A stretch of DNA of 64,000 nt, taken from assembly GCA_964016885.1 (NCBI GenBank), contig OZ024746.1, positions 64,666,001 through 64,730,000 of the forward strand, read 5' to 3'. Position 1 is the first letter of the stretch, and each line of letters opens with the position of its first letter. Below the pieces are notes generated by a model. That model was not told the DNA's origin, made no database searches, and saw only the letters and a list, made by a program, of their open reading frames with translations. The DNA comes from Eledone cirrhosa (Eukaryota). The translations under genes and the position numbers were made by a program. Shown here one piece after another: positions 29,891 to 43,835 of the stretch.

Positions 29891-32813
29891 ATCTCTAAGA
29901 GCTTACATAAATTTCCGAAAAATTAAATTAGATATTAGTTTAGGTTGGTAATTTATGCTATAAATTAAAAAAAAAAAAAAAACTATTTTTTAAATAGATT
30001 CTATATCAGCTTTTAGCTTTCTAATTTACACTAGTCTTTGCTCCAATGAAAGTAAATTTTTATATACATATATATATTTTTTTTTTGCTTTATATGTTTT
30101 TATTTTCAAGCTACAGGTGGTTAAAAAACATTGAAGTTAATGTACAAATAAATTTTATAAAGTATAATTCATGGGGAAATAATTATTTAATGAATCTAAT
30201 TTTGTCTGTCATTTCTGCTTGAAAGTTTCAATTTGTTTTCAGTATAAGGAAGCAATCAAAGCAACCATATCCCCATATGTTATATATAATCTCAGTGGGA
30301 GACAGAAATAGTTTGATGAATTACTAAGAAGCTAATTATTTTTATGCTTATCAACTAATTAATTTATTAATGAATATGAGCTCTTAATCATCGAAACCCT
30401 TGAAGGCATTGCCTCATTATAGCCATTGTAATATGTCATAAACCAATAAGAGAATAACGGGAACACTAGCGTGGAAGGTAGACGTTAAACAATGATGAAG
30501 TACGGATAGGTGATAAAGAAGTTTGATTTGCTAACTTGTGGTTCCAGATTCAATCCTGATCCACAGCACCATTGACGTGTTTGCTACTATAGCCTCAGAT
30601 TGACCAAAGCCTTGAGAGTGAAATTTTAATAGGCATATAGATAGCAGAATTGGTAGATCATCAGTTAAAATAACTTGTGGTAGTAAGTTATGCCTCTTTA
30701 GGTTTTGAATTCAAATCTTGCTCAAATCAACTTTAACTTTTGTCCTTTGCAGATACAATCAAATATCATTCATAATAAAGATCTCTAAAGTATCATCCAC
30801 ACTATTGGGATTGATATATTTAACTGAAACTAATGAAAGAACTAAACAAAAACAAGAGTGTGTATAATCAAACAAGTGGAAGGAGGGAGAAAATATTCTA
30901 AGTGGGAAACAAACCCACATTGCCTGGTTAACATATGCTTGAACATATGAAGCTATCAGTCCTTGGCATTTCTCATATATTCATTATAAATCTATACACT
31001 CGAGGTTTTCTTTTCCCCCTTATCTTAGAATAATTTTCTAACTATGTTTTGAACATAGATCAATTGTACACAAAGCTAAATTTTATCTATTTAGAAAATG
31101 TCAAGACTACTTTAACAAATTATGTATGTGAAACTATATTTCTGATATATTTTACTTTGCTTTGTGGGTCTACAAGTACTTTGGTTGGCACTCATGACTT
31201 CAGCAACAAATATTTAATTTTGACATTTTTAATAGCAGTAATTTAGGCTTGTATGAAAGTAAGTTTTATGATAGCTATGTGTAGTATCTTGCACATCCGT
31301 CTAGGTTTATCTTAATCTCTTCACAATGTTCCAGTCAAAATTCTTTCCTAGTAGCGTGAAAATGGTGAGATAAAATATCCAACCAAACTCTCTTTGTTTG
31401 GAGAGTGTAAACTTGTGAAGATTTCAAGAAAAGAAGCCATAAAAATCAACTTTACTCATAATAAATTCCAGGAAATGTTAGTAGTACAGGGAGCTGGAAC
31501 ATATGAAACTCCAGATTATATAAAATCCATTTTTCTCAATTACCTTTACTCTTTTCAACACAAAATTTTGGTAGCCGTACTGTATATTTTATCAATTTAT
31601 TGATATCTTCAGGTAGCTTAATTTAATCTAGCTCAAACCCATGATGACAACTATCAAAAGTGTAACAGTGAAAATATGACAGAAATAACAATGCTATTAT
31701 TATAGCCTCAATGTTTTTTGTAACTCACACCAAAATAAACCCGTTTACAAAAAAAAAAAGAAAAACAAGAAAGAAAAGCATATTTTGATATATCAATATG
31801 TTACATTATTTTAGTAATAAATATAAGTCTATTTTTCTATTCTTATATAATCCGCAGTATATTTTTTAATACCATATTTTCAGGCTGTCTGCTGCATGCT
31901 TGACCATTTTAGCCTGTTAATTTTAGTTCTTTGGTTTTGACGATTCTATTTCAGGTTTTCTTAAATCATTTACAAGCATCTCTCAGAACTTCAGAATTTG
32001 GGTTTCCACTATCTAATTCACTTCAGATATTCTATTCAATATGTCTCATGTCTAATAGATTCTTCTGATATCTTAACTATGACTACCTTGAGATTTTGAT
32101 TGCATTTATTACAGCTCAGTCGTATTTTATTTATTTATGGCTTCAAACGTTTCACTTTATACTGTCTGTGTTCCACTGCATTATTATAGAATATCATATG
32201 ACATACTGCTTCAGTTATTGCATTCATAGAGCACCATGCTAGATACGTAGCTACACCAGCATTACAGATGTGTTATAAAACCTCCATGTTACATACTTAC
32301 ACATGACATCATCACTTTTAATATTAAAGATCTACTGTTATAAACCTCTACTCTACATGCATATTCATTACATTATCTCCACTTTTACTTTAATAATTGC
32401 CCCGTTATAAAACATCACTCTCTCACTATATATATTTACTATGCACCAGCACATTTTCCAAGACAATTGTATTGTTATAAAGCACTATATATCCATATAT
32501 GTTACACCTACACTCTGCTTACTATCATAGTTGTACTGTCTTAATACACCACTCTATATACATATACCTTATATTGTCACCTTTTCTGCCACAGTTGTAC
32601 TTTTATAAACCTGGCAATCTAGTAAACATCTATGTACACTATATTGTCACACACATACACACACTACATAGATACACTTCATTGCCACAATCATTATCTT
32701 ACTGTTGTATAATAAAGATGATTAAATACATTGCAAATATAGATATCACAATACGTTTAGTTTGAATACTGACTTCTTTCATTTGCCATGCAAATGATGA
32801 TAATGTTTCTTAA

Positions 32814-34280
32814 CCCTTTAGCATTCACATTGAATTGTCAAATGTCATGTTCATCTATTCGCATTATTTTCACTTAATTATACTCAAGAGGGTTATCAAT
32901 TTTATTTGTTTGTAATTACTTTAATTTTCTATGTGCAGACTTGAAATTTTGTCAGTAGATGTTTAAATAACTATAATTTACAATTATATATTTTTACCTG
33001 ATTTTTTTTGTTAAATTTGACTTTTATGGGCAGGTGAAATTAATTAACAGGTGTAAAAGTAATAACTTTATGGATAAACACAAATTTAAACTTTATCTGC
33101 CTTATCTGTTAGATTTGTTGCAAAAAAATCCAATAATGACCTAGATGCTGATTTCCATCAATTCTAGCAGTTTTCTGAACAGGTGAATTAATTAAAAATG
33201 CAGGTGTAATCAGTACACGGTTTTAGTTTTTCTCTACATTCCAGGCAAATATTTTCATTGAAAAAAATGTATAAAACCTTTTCACCGGTCAAAATAATAT
33301 TGGCAATGTACTCTGTAAATGTACGGTGTAAAATTACGTAATAGAAAGTTCCCATTATATAAGTTTATACACACTTTTAAATTTTTCTGACAATATTTCA
33401 ATTAATGGTCGTACTTTGTACAGTGGGTCGTAATTTGATTCATTTCTACCAGGGGCATTTGAAGTATCAACCAGATGCAAATACTGGTTTAATTTAATGA
33501 ATCTCGTTTTTGCCATAATACTAGATATATAAGGGTCACCAAACCTTATATCAGTACTCCAATAATTCCACAGTCGTGGAAATTGTTTAATACCAAACAT
33601 AATATTTATGGTAAAAAACGCTTTCATTTCGGCAGAATCTGTCGGACAACATAACAGATCGGGTTTTCCGATATTAGAAATTTGTTGTTGTGCATAGCGA
33701 TTTGCAACAACTTCGAAGAAAGATTGTGGTAAAAATAAAAAATAATAATCCAGTGCTTTAGCATCGGGTGGTAATGTGTGTTGTGGTCCAATATTTTCAG
33801 TAAAATCCGAAACATGTATCGATGTTGTTTCTTTCAACCACGTTGCTATTTTTTCAATGGTGTCAGTCAAATTTTCTCTTTCACTTTCAAAGTAACTATC
33901 ATCATTATCAGATATATCAGAAATAAATATATCTGATTCGTTTGAAGATAAATCACTGATATTATCTTCTGTTTCTTTTTGATCTCGAATGTCGTCGGAC
34001 GTAAAACCTTCAAATTCGTTGTCGCTACTTTCGGAAGCCATGTTACACTTTCAACGTTAAAAACACGTGTTATCGCAAGTTCTTTAACTATACTAAGAGT
34101 TAATTTTCGCGCGTAAGGGCTTTATCTCGCAGTAATCTCGAATTGACGAGATTTCGATGATGTCAATGTTTATTTTTAGAAGGAAATCTCCGTGTGGTAT
34201 TAAATGTCGGTTTTTGTCGGTTTGAATAAATGAAAGGGGACATAATTTTGTCGGTTTTTGTCGCTTTGAACGCTAAAGGG
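32814..34280 (-). mobile_element. Internally deleted piggyBac DNA transposon
   Basis: TTAA at 32810-32813 and 34281-34284. TIRs CCCTTTAGCATTCA / TGAACGCTAAAGGG match 13 of 14. Subterminal repeat tgtcggtttttgtcg lies near 34205 and 34249. Contains a transposase N-terminal ORF. Confidence 0.92.
33355..34041 (-). pseudogene. Truncated piggyBac (PGBD4-like) transposase, 228 aa, N-terminal part only
   Basis: Acidic N-terminus followed by EMKAFF...YWSTD...MAKTRF...LHL...DPLYKVRPLIE motifs typical of piggyBac. The ORF stops before the DDD catalytic residues. Confidence 0.88.
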
Positions 34281-35124
34281 TTAATTAGATAGTTAATTGA
34301 CAGAAGTGACAACATTCTGTTCCAAGTGAATTTAGTTATTCATCTCATTGTTTTAATTTTAATTATTTTGTTGGCCCCTATATGAATGAGAGATTAAGCT
34401 AACTCTGATAAGAGGAATTTAATATTGCATTCTTTGATCATCTTCTCTTCCATTGGCACTTTTTGCTATTGACCACTAGCTCCTTGTCTTAAGTTTGGTG
34501 CTTTTCTGCTGACCTACTGTTGAGCTTTTCCGTGGTGTTTTCTATTAAAAAACAAAAAAAATCATCAAGTTCCTACCTGGCTAGAACAACAAAGGTTTAA
34601 TCTAACAAGAGGAATACAGAACAAATCCATAGTCTTTACTGTATGTTAGAACAGTACTGAAATGCCACAACACTCCTTGTATATCCAGTACAATATCTGT
34701 ATTATGTTTGTATTCATCATCATCATTTTACATCCGCTTTTCCCTGCTTGCAAGGGTGGGATGTATTCATACTTATTGAATTTTATATTTCTCCAATACT
34801 TTGTGATAGAAAAAGTCTTTTATGTTTTACTTAATGGTAATTCACTACAGCTTCTACTAATAATATACAAAACTTGATTAGTTTAATCTTAGGACTATTT
34901 TCGTATTGTTCCTTCTAACAATATAATTTGGGAAATAGATGAAATTAATGCCTGCTAGTTTTAATGCTTGTTGCATTCTACTGTAAATAATACATGTAGC
35001 TGTGAGTGCATTTGTTTAATATCTTTTTTTTTTCATCTCAATGGTATTGTGCTTTTTTTAATTCTTACGATCAAGTGCATCTTGAAAATAATATGTCTGT
35101 ACAAGTCTTGGTTTAAGTCTCCAT

Positions 35125-35883
35125 TTATTGTTTCCTTTCTGTAGCAATTAAACTTTGAAAAGTACAGTTCTTTACTTTGATATTAACTGAAAATTTCACT
35201 CGTGTATACAGAGAAACAATCCTCTTCATTAGTTGATTGCTACCTAATGAGATTTTGTTCACATGTGTGTTATCAGGGGCTTTGTTGTGTTGATCTTTGT
35301 CAGTAAAAACTATTACTGTATCACAACATTTATTGATTGTATTGACTATTCCGTCAACATGATGATTTAGTGAAGGAATTTTCAGACTTTCTGTCACTGA
35401 CAAGAAGTAAACTATAATATATTCTACACATGAACTAGTAAGTGGCAAAAGAATTAATGCCTCACAGGAGACTTTAGCAGATTTAGGCTTCTGCAATGTT
35501 TTCATGGAGATTGCTTAATAAGCTACTTTTTCTTTCTGAGTAAATATTTTTCGAGTTAAACTTCTCTGCTTGGTCTAAAACCATCATATATCACGCTAGC
35601 TTTATCCTGAGATCGTAATTGATTGCAATTCTATATATTCTGCTGGTGTGAAATATTTCTGCTGGAAACATTGGAGATTAACTTTATCACATTCAACCAT
35701 TATAACTAATATATAATATCTGTCAGTACTAATCTTGTATACTTTATTGCCAATGACAATTCTTTTCTGCTCTCTGTGTTTCATTCCAATGCTAAGTTGT
35801 CTGTCTGGGTCTTGTATCAGCAGCAGTTCCTGCCAAATCCTGATCTCTTCCATCAATGAAGAATCTTTCGTGATATTTTTCAA
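35125..35883 (-). pseudogene. Possible decayed DNA-transposase C-terminus (P-element/THAP9-like)
   Basis: Two adjacent ORFs. GFRPSREV and LMKRIVSLYTRVKF...KN only loosely resemble P-element C-terminal motifs. Confidence 0.22.
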
Positions 35884-36102
35884 TAAGAACCCAACAATTT
35901 AATAATGTTTAAATTGCCAATGTTTCTTATTTTAAGACAGTATGGCTTCAGCTCATGCACCTTTACTTCCCCATCGACAGCTATTGTTCTTTAACTTGCT
36001 GTGTAAAGAATGTGATAAACATTATAGCATCAACCACAGACTGAGTACCAACCACATTGTGTAGGATATAGTTTCTAGATTTATACAATATTTGAATTAA
36101 TA

Positions 36103-36287
36103 ATTGTTTCTACTTTTGGCACAAGGCCATCAATTAACCAGTACATTACTGGTACTTTATTTTATCGACCCCGTAAGGATGAAAGGCAAAGTTAACCTCG
36201 GCGGGATTTGAACTCAGACTGTAAAGGGAGGACGTAACTATGCTGGAAAACATGGCGTCCGACTCTCTACCGATACTGCCAATCCAC
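36103..36287 (-). mobile_element. tRNA-derived SINE, same family
   Basis: Reverse complement of 41114-41301. Confidence 0.88.
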
Positions 36288-36556
36288 AATAATATTATTT
36301 ACTAAGAAAATCACTAACAACCACCACTAAAAGGTAAATGTCAAATCATAAAGAATCTTTTATGTATGCCATTCAGTATATCACAACTTAATTGAATCTT
36401 CTTTAGAATAGGTACACCCTATCCTTGCACGTTGTAAGAAGTGCTAAATGGGTCAGTGTCAGAGGGGGCATCTGGCTGTAAAATATTACTACAGAGAGTT
36501 TGTCAACCCATGCCAACATGGAAAAGTCAATGTAAAAACTATGATATATATATATA

Positions 36557-36632
36557 CAGGATATCCCCCCAAAAATGTATACACACTTTTATTAGAATGC
36601 TGTTGAAGTGTGTATATATTTTGGGGGACACC

Positions 36633-36635
<3 letters not shown>
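36557..36635. mobile_element. Tiny Tc1/mariner-like MITE (about 30-bp TIRs, TA flanks)
   Basis: TA|CAGGATATCCCCCCAAAAATGTATACACACTT ... AAGTGTGTATATATTTTGGGGGACACCCTG|TA. Confidence 0.7.
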
Positions 36636-36728
<93 letters not shown>

Positions 36729-36932
36729 TAGAAAATATATTTGAGAGTTCAATTCTCTGTTGTGACAACTGATCACTTTCCCCCCATCGATGTATTTTAC
36801 CTGATTTTTTAAGCTATTAATATTTATAGAAATCAACTGTGTTTACAGTTATTTTCTTCATTTGAGATTTTCTACATTTTCTCAGAATTTCATTTCATTT
36901 GACATATATACATATATATACACACACATATG

Positions 36933-36975
<43 letters not shown>

Positions 36976-38312
36976 GTGTGTATATATAATCAGTTACTAC
37001 AGTGGCATTACGCAGATATACTTAAAATCATTTGGTTTAACACCAACTCATCCAGTCTGCCATATTGTGATGGAGTTATATATGTTTGGGATGTTACTAG
37101 ACCAGTAAAATCATTGTTCAGCTTAGTACTCTATACTTAAGGAAGTTGAATGTATGTATTATAATGCTATTCTCTCCTAGGGTTGAGCTCTTACTGATGC
37201 AACAGTGAGTGGATAATATATAAAGTTATTAGTGAAGTTCAAGATCCAATGTCAATTCTCAGTTGCAGTTATTTCACTTCATTTTATTACCAATGTCTCT
37301 GGGGAGAAACAAAAAAAATATGAACATAATATATGGTATAATGTAAGCAATTGATAACACTAGTATTGACAAATCTCAAGTGGAAAATATATATTTGACA
37401 GATTCATTTAAAAGCTGCTAGATAAACAGTTTGGTAATTGGAGAATAACAACATTTATTGGTTTTTGTGAGAGTATGTGATTGTGTCAATTTTATCCTGA
37501 TTCTTCAAAATATTACAAATATTGTCTGAAATGATGAAGTGTTTTTGTTAGTCAAATGTTAATAGTATTTAAATTGAGATGTTAAAGTTTTCTAGCTAGA
37601 CTGATATTCATCCATTGGTTGACTTTTATTTCCATACCGCAAGTTTAACATTACATTTATAGGAAGATAACCCCCCCCCCCCCTCCCCCCCCCCCCCCCC
37701 CCCCCCCACCCCCCCCCCCCCCACCCACCCATCAAACAAAAACAAAACAAAATGAAAATATTGCAAATATTTTCTTATCAGAATATCTATTTTTACAATA
37801 CAACTGGCTTTCATTCTTTGAATGAGCGACAAATATTATTCATTTTATTTTGGAATATATTGCATTGGATTGAGAAATTGCCTTTTTCCTATCTTTTTCG
37901 CTTCCTACAATAATGTCTAGTTTCTTATGAATGATATTCTGGCTTTTCTAAACTGCATCAGCATATAATCTACCACCCATCTCATGGGTTTACCAAAAAG
38001 CTTTTGATAAATAACTCATAGTCAATAGACCAGTTTCTTCTACCTGAAGACATTCTTATAATATATTTAACCCAATGTAGCTAACTCATTGATTTGAAAG
38101 GCTAGTAAATAGAAGAATTATTAATATTGAACTGATGCAGAAAAATTGAATCGTAATATTTCTATCTCTATAGTTATTTATTTTAATTTATGACTGAGCA
38201 AACGTGTCAGGTAAATGGAGTTTGGCATTGTCAATATAAGAGATGGCAAAGATCTGCATACTATCTTATAGAAATATTAAAACAACAACAACACTAATGA
38301 TAATAATAATAA

Positions 38313-38960
38313 TTTCTTTATTGGCCACTAGGGCTGAAACTTAATGGACAATACAAATAAACAGGGATAGGTGAAGATTTACATAAAATGAGTAAACAGA
38401 AATTAAAAAAAAAACGGGCAACAAAGTAATAATAAATTAATAACAGAATGCCCTAGATGGGTATAACACCACTCAGCAGAAATTAAGGAAATTGACACAT
38501 CCAAAATCCTACCAATTATCATAGGTGTGCTCCTCTCTCTCCTGTTTTCTCCAGGCTACAGGTGCATGCTTAGAATAGGTACTTTCACATGGGCCATTCT
38601 CATTACATTCACCTACCTTTTAACAAATGTGTGGAGGGTGGGGCAGCGTTCCATTTCCACCCTCACCTTCCTTTTGAAGTGTAACTTAAAAAAGTCAATG
38701 AGGGCTGAAGAGGAATGTGTCTGTCATCAGTCCTTTCAACCTGGTTAACCCTTTCATCATAGACACCAGATAGAGGATAGCTGCCTGTCCTTCCTGTACA
38801 AAAGAAAGTAGCAGGATGATTTTCATGATGGAGTCAGCTGATAGCTAGATCTGTTTTACATGCGACAACAGCTGTTTGACAATACTCCACAAGTCAGCAA
38901 TGCTTGGGCACTGGACAAGTGCATACATAATCACAACTCGAGGACTCACAAAATATACAC
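38313..38960 (-). mobile_element. Tx1/L1-like LINE 3' end (related copy at 40744-41030)
   Basis: Minus-strand remnant LIDFFKLHFKRKVRVEMER...FVKR*V, a 3' UTR ending ggccaataaagaaa and a (TTA)n tail. A second diverged copy lies nearby. Confidence 0.5.
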
Positions 38961-39135
38961 AACATTAAAAAGAATAGCACTACAAGGCATCACACACATA
39001 TTGCCTTGAGTGCTTTCTATAGAATAGAAATAACAGCATCAAAAGATAACTTTACTCATACTCAAACATAGCAAGAAAAATAAAATACAGAAAAATGTGG
39101 TGGTGGCAGCAGTGGTAGTAGTAGTGGTGGTGGTG

Positions 39136-39189
<54 letters not shown>

Positions 39190-40003
39190 ATGATGTTAGT
39201 GTGTTGAAGCTCGGAATTGTATACATTAGCACAAGACTAAAAATGTGTAGACTAGTCACATGAAAATATCTCTAATATGATATTGGTTCTATTTTATCAA
39301 CTCTGGTAGGGTGAAACTGGAAGTCAACTCCAGCAAGATTTGAACTCAGTTAATGGGGAAATGAAACCAAATACACTGTAGGATTTAATCTAATTCAAAT
39401 GAGGGAATAAATTTGATGCTGTGAGGTGCAATAATAATATTTATTCTCCTGTTAGAACTCTGAATTACTATTTGCTAACACAGAACATCATTAGTTTCCT
39501 CGGGTCTTCTGTTTTATTACTCTAACATGTTCTCATAGTCACTGCCTTCATAAAGATAGTGACAATAATGATCCCGATGGAAACAATTATTTATAAATTT
39601 AGGAGAAAGCCATAGATCTGTGGACAAAGTGATTGAAACTATGTCTATATTACACCACTCTTAAGGGAATCAAGAGTATAAGTAAAATGAATATCTTCAT
39701 CTAGATATTGAAATTGGTTTGTCACTTTGGTCTGGCAGCATTGTACCTTTCAAAATAAGGCAGTAATATTAAGTTTAACACACAAACACTTCCCCAGTGC
39801 ACTGGAAGAGCACTATTGCACTTGGAAATATAGAGGATTACCTGGTTTCACTAAAAACTTACATGAAACTATTGAAGATATGTAATAGTAGTAGTAGTAG
39901 TAGTGGTGGTGATGGTTGTGGTGGTAGTAGTAGTGGCGCTGCTAGTTATAGTAGTAATTGCTTCTAATTAAAACAGAAGCACATTAATTGAATAATTGCA
40001 ATA

Positions 40004-40712
40004 ATAATTGTTTCTACTTTAGGCACAAGGCCAGCAATTACCCAGTTCATTACTGGTACTTTATTTTATCGACCCCGTAAGGATGAAAGGCAAAGTGAAC
40101 CTCGGCGGGATTTGAACTCAGATCGTAAAGGGACGTAACTATGCTGGAAAGCATGGCGTCCGACCCTCTACCGATACTGCCAATCCAATAATGGCTTCTG
40201 ATTTAGGCACAAGGCCAACAATTTTGTGAGGAGAGGAAAGTCAATTAAATCGACCCCAGTGTATTACTGGTACTTTATTTTATCATCCCCGTAAGGATCG
40301 AAGGCAAAGCTAACTTCGGCGGGATTTGAACTCAGAATCTAAAGAGCCATAACATTGGTGTCCGATGCTCTACTGATACAACCAACCCATCACCTTATAA
40401 TTGCAATAATAATAATTGTTTTTATTTTTGGCACAAAGCCAGCAATTATCCCAGTGTATTACTGGTACTTTATTTTGTCGACCCTGTAAGGATGAAAGGA
40501 AAAGTTAACTTCGGCAGGATTTGAACTCAGACTGTAAAGGGACGTAACCCTATGCTGCAAAGCATAGCGTCTGACCCTCTACTGATACTGCCAATCCACT
40601 GCCCTGCAATAATAATAATTGTTTCTACTTTTGGCACAAGGCCAGCAATTACTGCATTACTGGCCGTAACTCTTTGCTGCAAAGCATGGTGTCCGACCCT
40701 CTATCGATACTG
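40004..40712 (-). mobile_element. Head-to-tail cluster of four copies of the same SINE (last one internally deleted)
   Basis: Units start near 40004, 40190, 40412 and 40612, each being the reverse complement of 41109-41298 and separated by (AAT)n. Confidence 0.88.
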
Positions 40713-41108
40713 CCTAATAATAATAATAATAATGATTATGATGATTTCTTTATTGGCCACAAGGGCCAAAACTATAAAGACAATACAAATAAACAGGGAA
40801 TGTTGAGATTTACATGAAACAAGTAAACAGAAAAAGCAACAGTTATCAAAGTAGCAATAAATTAAATACAAAATTTCCCCAATAGGGGGTAGCACTTTTA
40901 ATGGTAATTAAAGAATCCCACAGAACACCTCGATCACCAGGGGCATCATGGGCAAATGCCCCTACCCCCTTTATTTCTTCCAGCTATAGGTGCATGCTTA
41001 GAGTACGATCATTCACCTGGGTCATTTTCAATACTGGAACCTTGACTGGTGTTACATTGAGAAAAACAGCTGGTGTGGTCTTCTGTTGCTATTAATGTCT
41101 TTGCTGTT

Positions 41109-41298
41109 TGGATGGGCGGTGGATTGGCAGTATCAGTAGAGGGTCGGACACCATGCTTTCCAGCATAGTTACGTCCCTTTATGATCTGAGTTCAAATCCC
41201 GCCAAGGTTGACTTTGCCTTTCATCCTTACGGGGTCGATAAAATAAAGTACCAGTAATGCACTGGGTAATTGCTGGCCTTGTGCCTAAAGTAGAAACA
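41109..41298 (+). mobile_element. Full-length tRNA-derived SINE with an 18-bp target-site duplication
   Basis: A-box-like tggcagtatcagta, B box gagttcaaatcc, core tttgcctttcatccttacggggtcgataaaataaagtacc. TSD attaatgtctttgctgtt at 41091-41108 and 41299-41316. Confidence 0.9.
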
Positions 41299-43087
41299 AT
41301 TAATGTCTTTGCTGTTCACTCACTTCTGTTCTGTTTTTTTTAAGTTCTTCCAGGAAGAAAACTCTCAGATAGCACTTACTGATACTTGTGTAGCTGCTTA
41401 TTTTATCTATCATAGAAAGATACCACTGGTGGAATTTGAATTTAGAATGCAAATTGCTGGAACAAATACGGCAAAGCATTTGTCTGTTGCTCTAATGATT
41501 CTGCCAGTCTACAACAGTTTTAATTTCTAATATAAGCAGTAGGCCATAGAATTGAGGGTAGGGTAGCCAATTAAATTGGTTATTGGCACTTATTACGCTT
41601 TGCGGGACATTGTTACATGGCAAAAAAACGAGTGTGTCAACCGTGTTCTTTGATGGAAGCCTACACATAGTGATAGAAGTAGAGGTCATCATGCAACAAC
41701 GTGTCTGGATATACTATGTGCTGACATGGGAGGATATTTAATGGATCTTGGAGTGATAGTGCTAGATCGAGCCAAATAGACAAATTGGATTGAGGAAACT
41801 TGACTAGTGAGTGAGTGATTTGCACTTACATTTTTTGTAGTAGTGGTTGGTGGGAGGGGAACTAATTGGTGAACTCTGAGAATCAGAGAAAATGACACAA
41901 CATAAATACTGTCTTCTAACATTTCATACTATCTATCACTTTATATATTTTTTTCTATAGCTATTTCTAATACAATTAGGACTGTAAGAGAGCTTTGAAA
42001 ATGGAAAATTAGATAATATAGCAATGCAGAGTATTAACTGTTATGATTGTATGATATAGCACATCAAGTTAGTTGTATTACATCAGCTTTTATCATCACA
42101 ATATGTTTTTCAGAAGACTCAATAGCCATACAGTTATTGGAAAGCATTTGCACTAAACGAAACTCATCTCCATTGTTTCTATGTGAGTATGTGTATGGTG
42201 TATGTGTGTGTGGTGTATGGCGTCTCTGTGCATGTGTGTGTGTGTCTGCATCATGCACATGCATGTATGTTGTGTTGAAGAGATAGCATAGTTTCGATCT
42301 GAACAATGTAGAGTGTTTAGCACATATCACCATCAACTTCCTCCTCACCTCCGTTATTGTTACAACTGTTAATCCAACACCATATATGATTATGGGTTGG
42401 AGGGGTCTGTTTTGCAATACTCGGCCTAATGCCAAATGCACAACACTGATGTAGTGTAATTGATCATGAATGACTAAGTATGATAAGATTTGTGCTGGCC
42501 AAAGAAATGGAGGTAGATTTTATGGTTCTGTGCATTTCTAAGTACTACCTCCCACAGCTGTAGGTGAATATGGAAAACAATAATTACTTGGATGGAAATG
42601 GAATGTAACAGGTTTTACTTTGGGCACACACATTAACATCTGTACATTCTTTTCACCATTTAGGAAGAAACAATTTGAAGTTTCTAGATTCATCATTTTC
42701 CTTCTTTTTTTTTTTTCTTTAATACTTCACAACCATTCTGTGTTTTTTTTCTTTCTAAAAGGAACTAACAATTTCTTTTAACCAAACATAAGGCTGCTTT
42801 TTTTCAGTCTACATAAAAGCACAGTTGATTGATTTGATACCTCACTCTACCTAAAGGATTATAAGTTGTTCTTTTATTGTCTCTGGAAGGGTTTGATAAA
42901 ATAGATGCCATTACCAACACACACACATACATAGTCATCCAACAATAACAATAACAACACACACACATGCACACACACACACATATATATATATATATTC
43001 CCGTCTAAACCCATGCTAGCGTGGAAGATAGACGTTAAACGATGATGATGATAATATATGTATATATATATATATATTTTCATATAT

Positions 43088-43290
43088 GAATTGAGGGTAG
43101 GGTAGCCAATTAAATTTCGAACGTTCAACCATCTGGCAGAAGGGTATACGGTGCTGACGATAGCTAACAAGCTTGAAACTAGTACATCGTTCCTGTGTCA
43201 GTGTTGAACAAAAAGGTGACGTGGTTGCCTTAACACCGTACGGCATAAATCAGGCTGTCCGTTTGTTTACAAACGAACAAAGCGAATGTT
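43088..43290 (+). mobile_element. ~200-bp hammerhead-bearing module between (TA)n tracts
   Basis: CpG-rich island containing the hammerhead at 43148-43190. Its first 29 bp recur at 41549-41577. Confidence 0.6.
43148..43190 (+). ncRNA. Minimal type I hammerhead ribozyme with canonical core, sense to the host pre-mRNA
   Basis: acggtg-CTGACGA-t agct aaca agct t-GAAA-ctag-TA|catcgt. Stem I is 6 bp (one G.U), stem II is 4 bp, stem III is the palindrome ACTAGT, the triplet is GUA and the predicted cut follows 43184. Confidence 0.82.
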
Positions 43291-43333
43291 ATAATAAATA
43301 TTTGCTAAACTGATACATACATATGTGTGCCTG

Positions 43334-43382
<49 letters not shown>

Positions 43383-43429
43383 GCTACTGTACGTCTGTAT
43401 ACATATATGTATGTACGTATACATACATA

Positions 43430-43473
<44 letters not shown>

Positions 43474-43835
43474 TATGTATGTATATATATATATATATAT
43501 ATATATGCACTTTACATAAAGAAACACTTGTCTAGGAAAGCAGTTATTCTGTATTAAAACTGTATGGAGGAGACATGGACTCCATAAGCTGTAGCAAAGA
43601 TACTGCATCTAGGTGAGCAGCAACTCTGAATAGAATCTGACATGGTGTAGAGAAGACACTTCAAATATGACAGGCAGCCCCCTCTAGTGCTGGTCTTACA
43701 TTTAACATGTCTAATCCATGTTGTAAATTGATTGGTTATAAGAATGGCATCCAGCTACTAAAACCATGTCAAACTCAAAACTTCTGTTATAATTTTATGT
43801 AAGGACTTTTATTCTGGTCATTATTATTACCTTAT

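Noticed and set aside
37671-37730. Poly-C/G runs (also 463-479 and 3594-3611) as G-quadruplex elements
   Set aside because: They are simple homopolymers of unreliable length with no evidence of function.
41114-41205. tRNA gene (A and B boxes)
   Set aside because: It is the head of a multi-copy SINE with core, tail and TSD, and there is no full cloverleaf.
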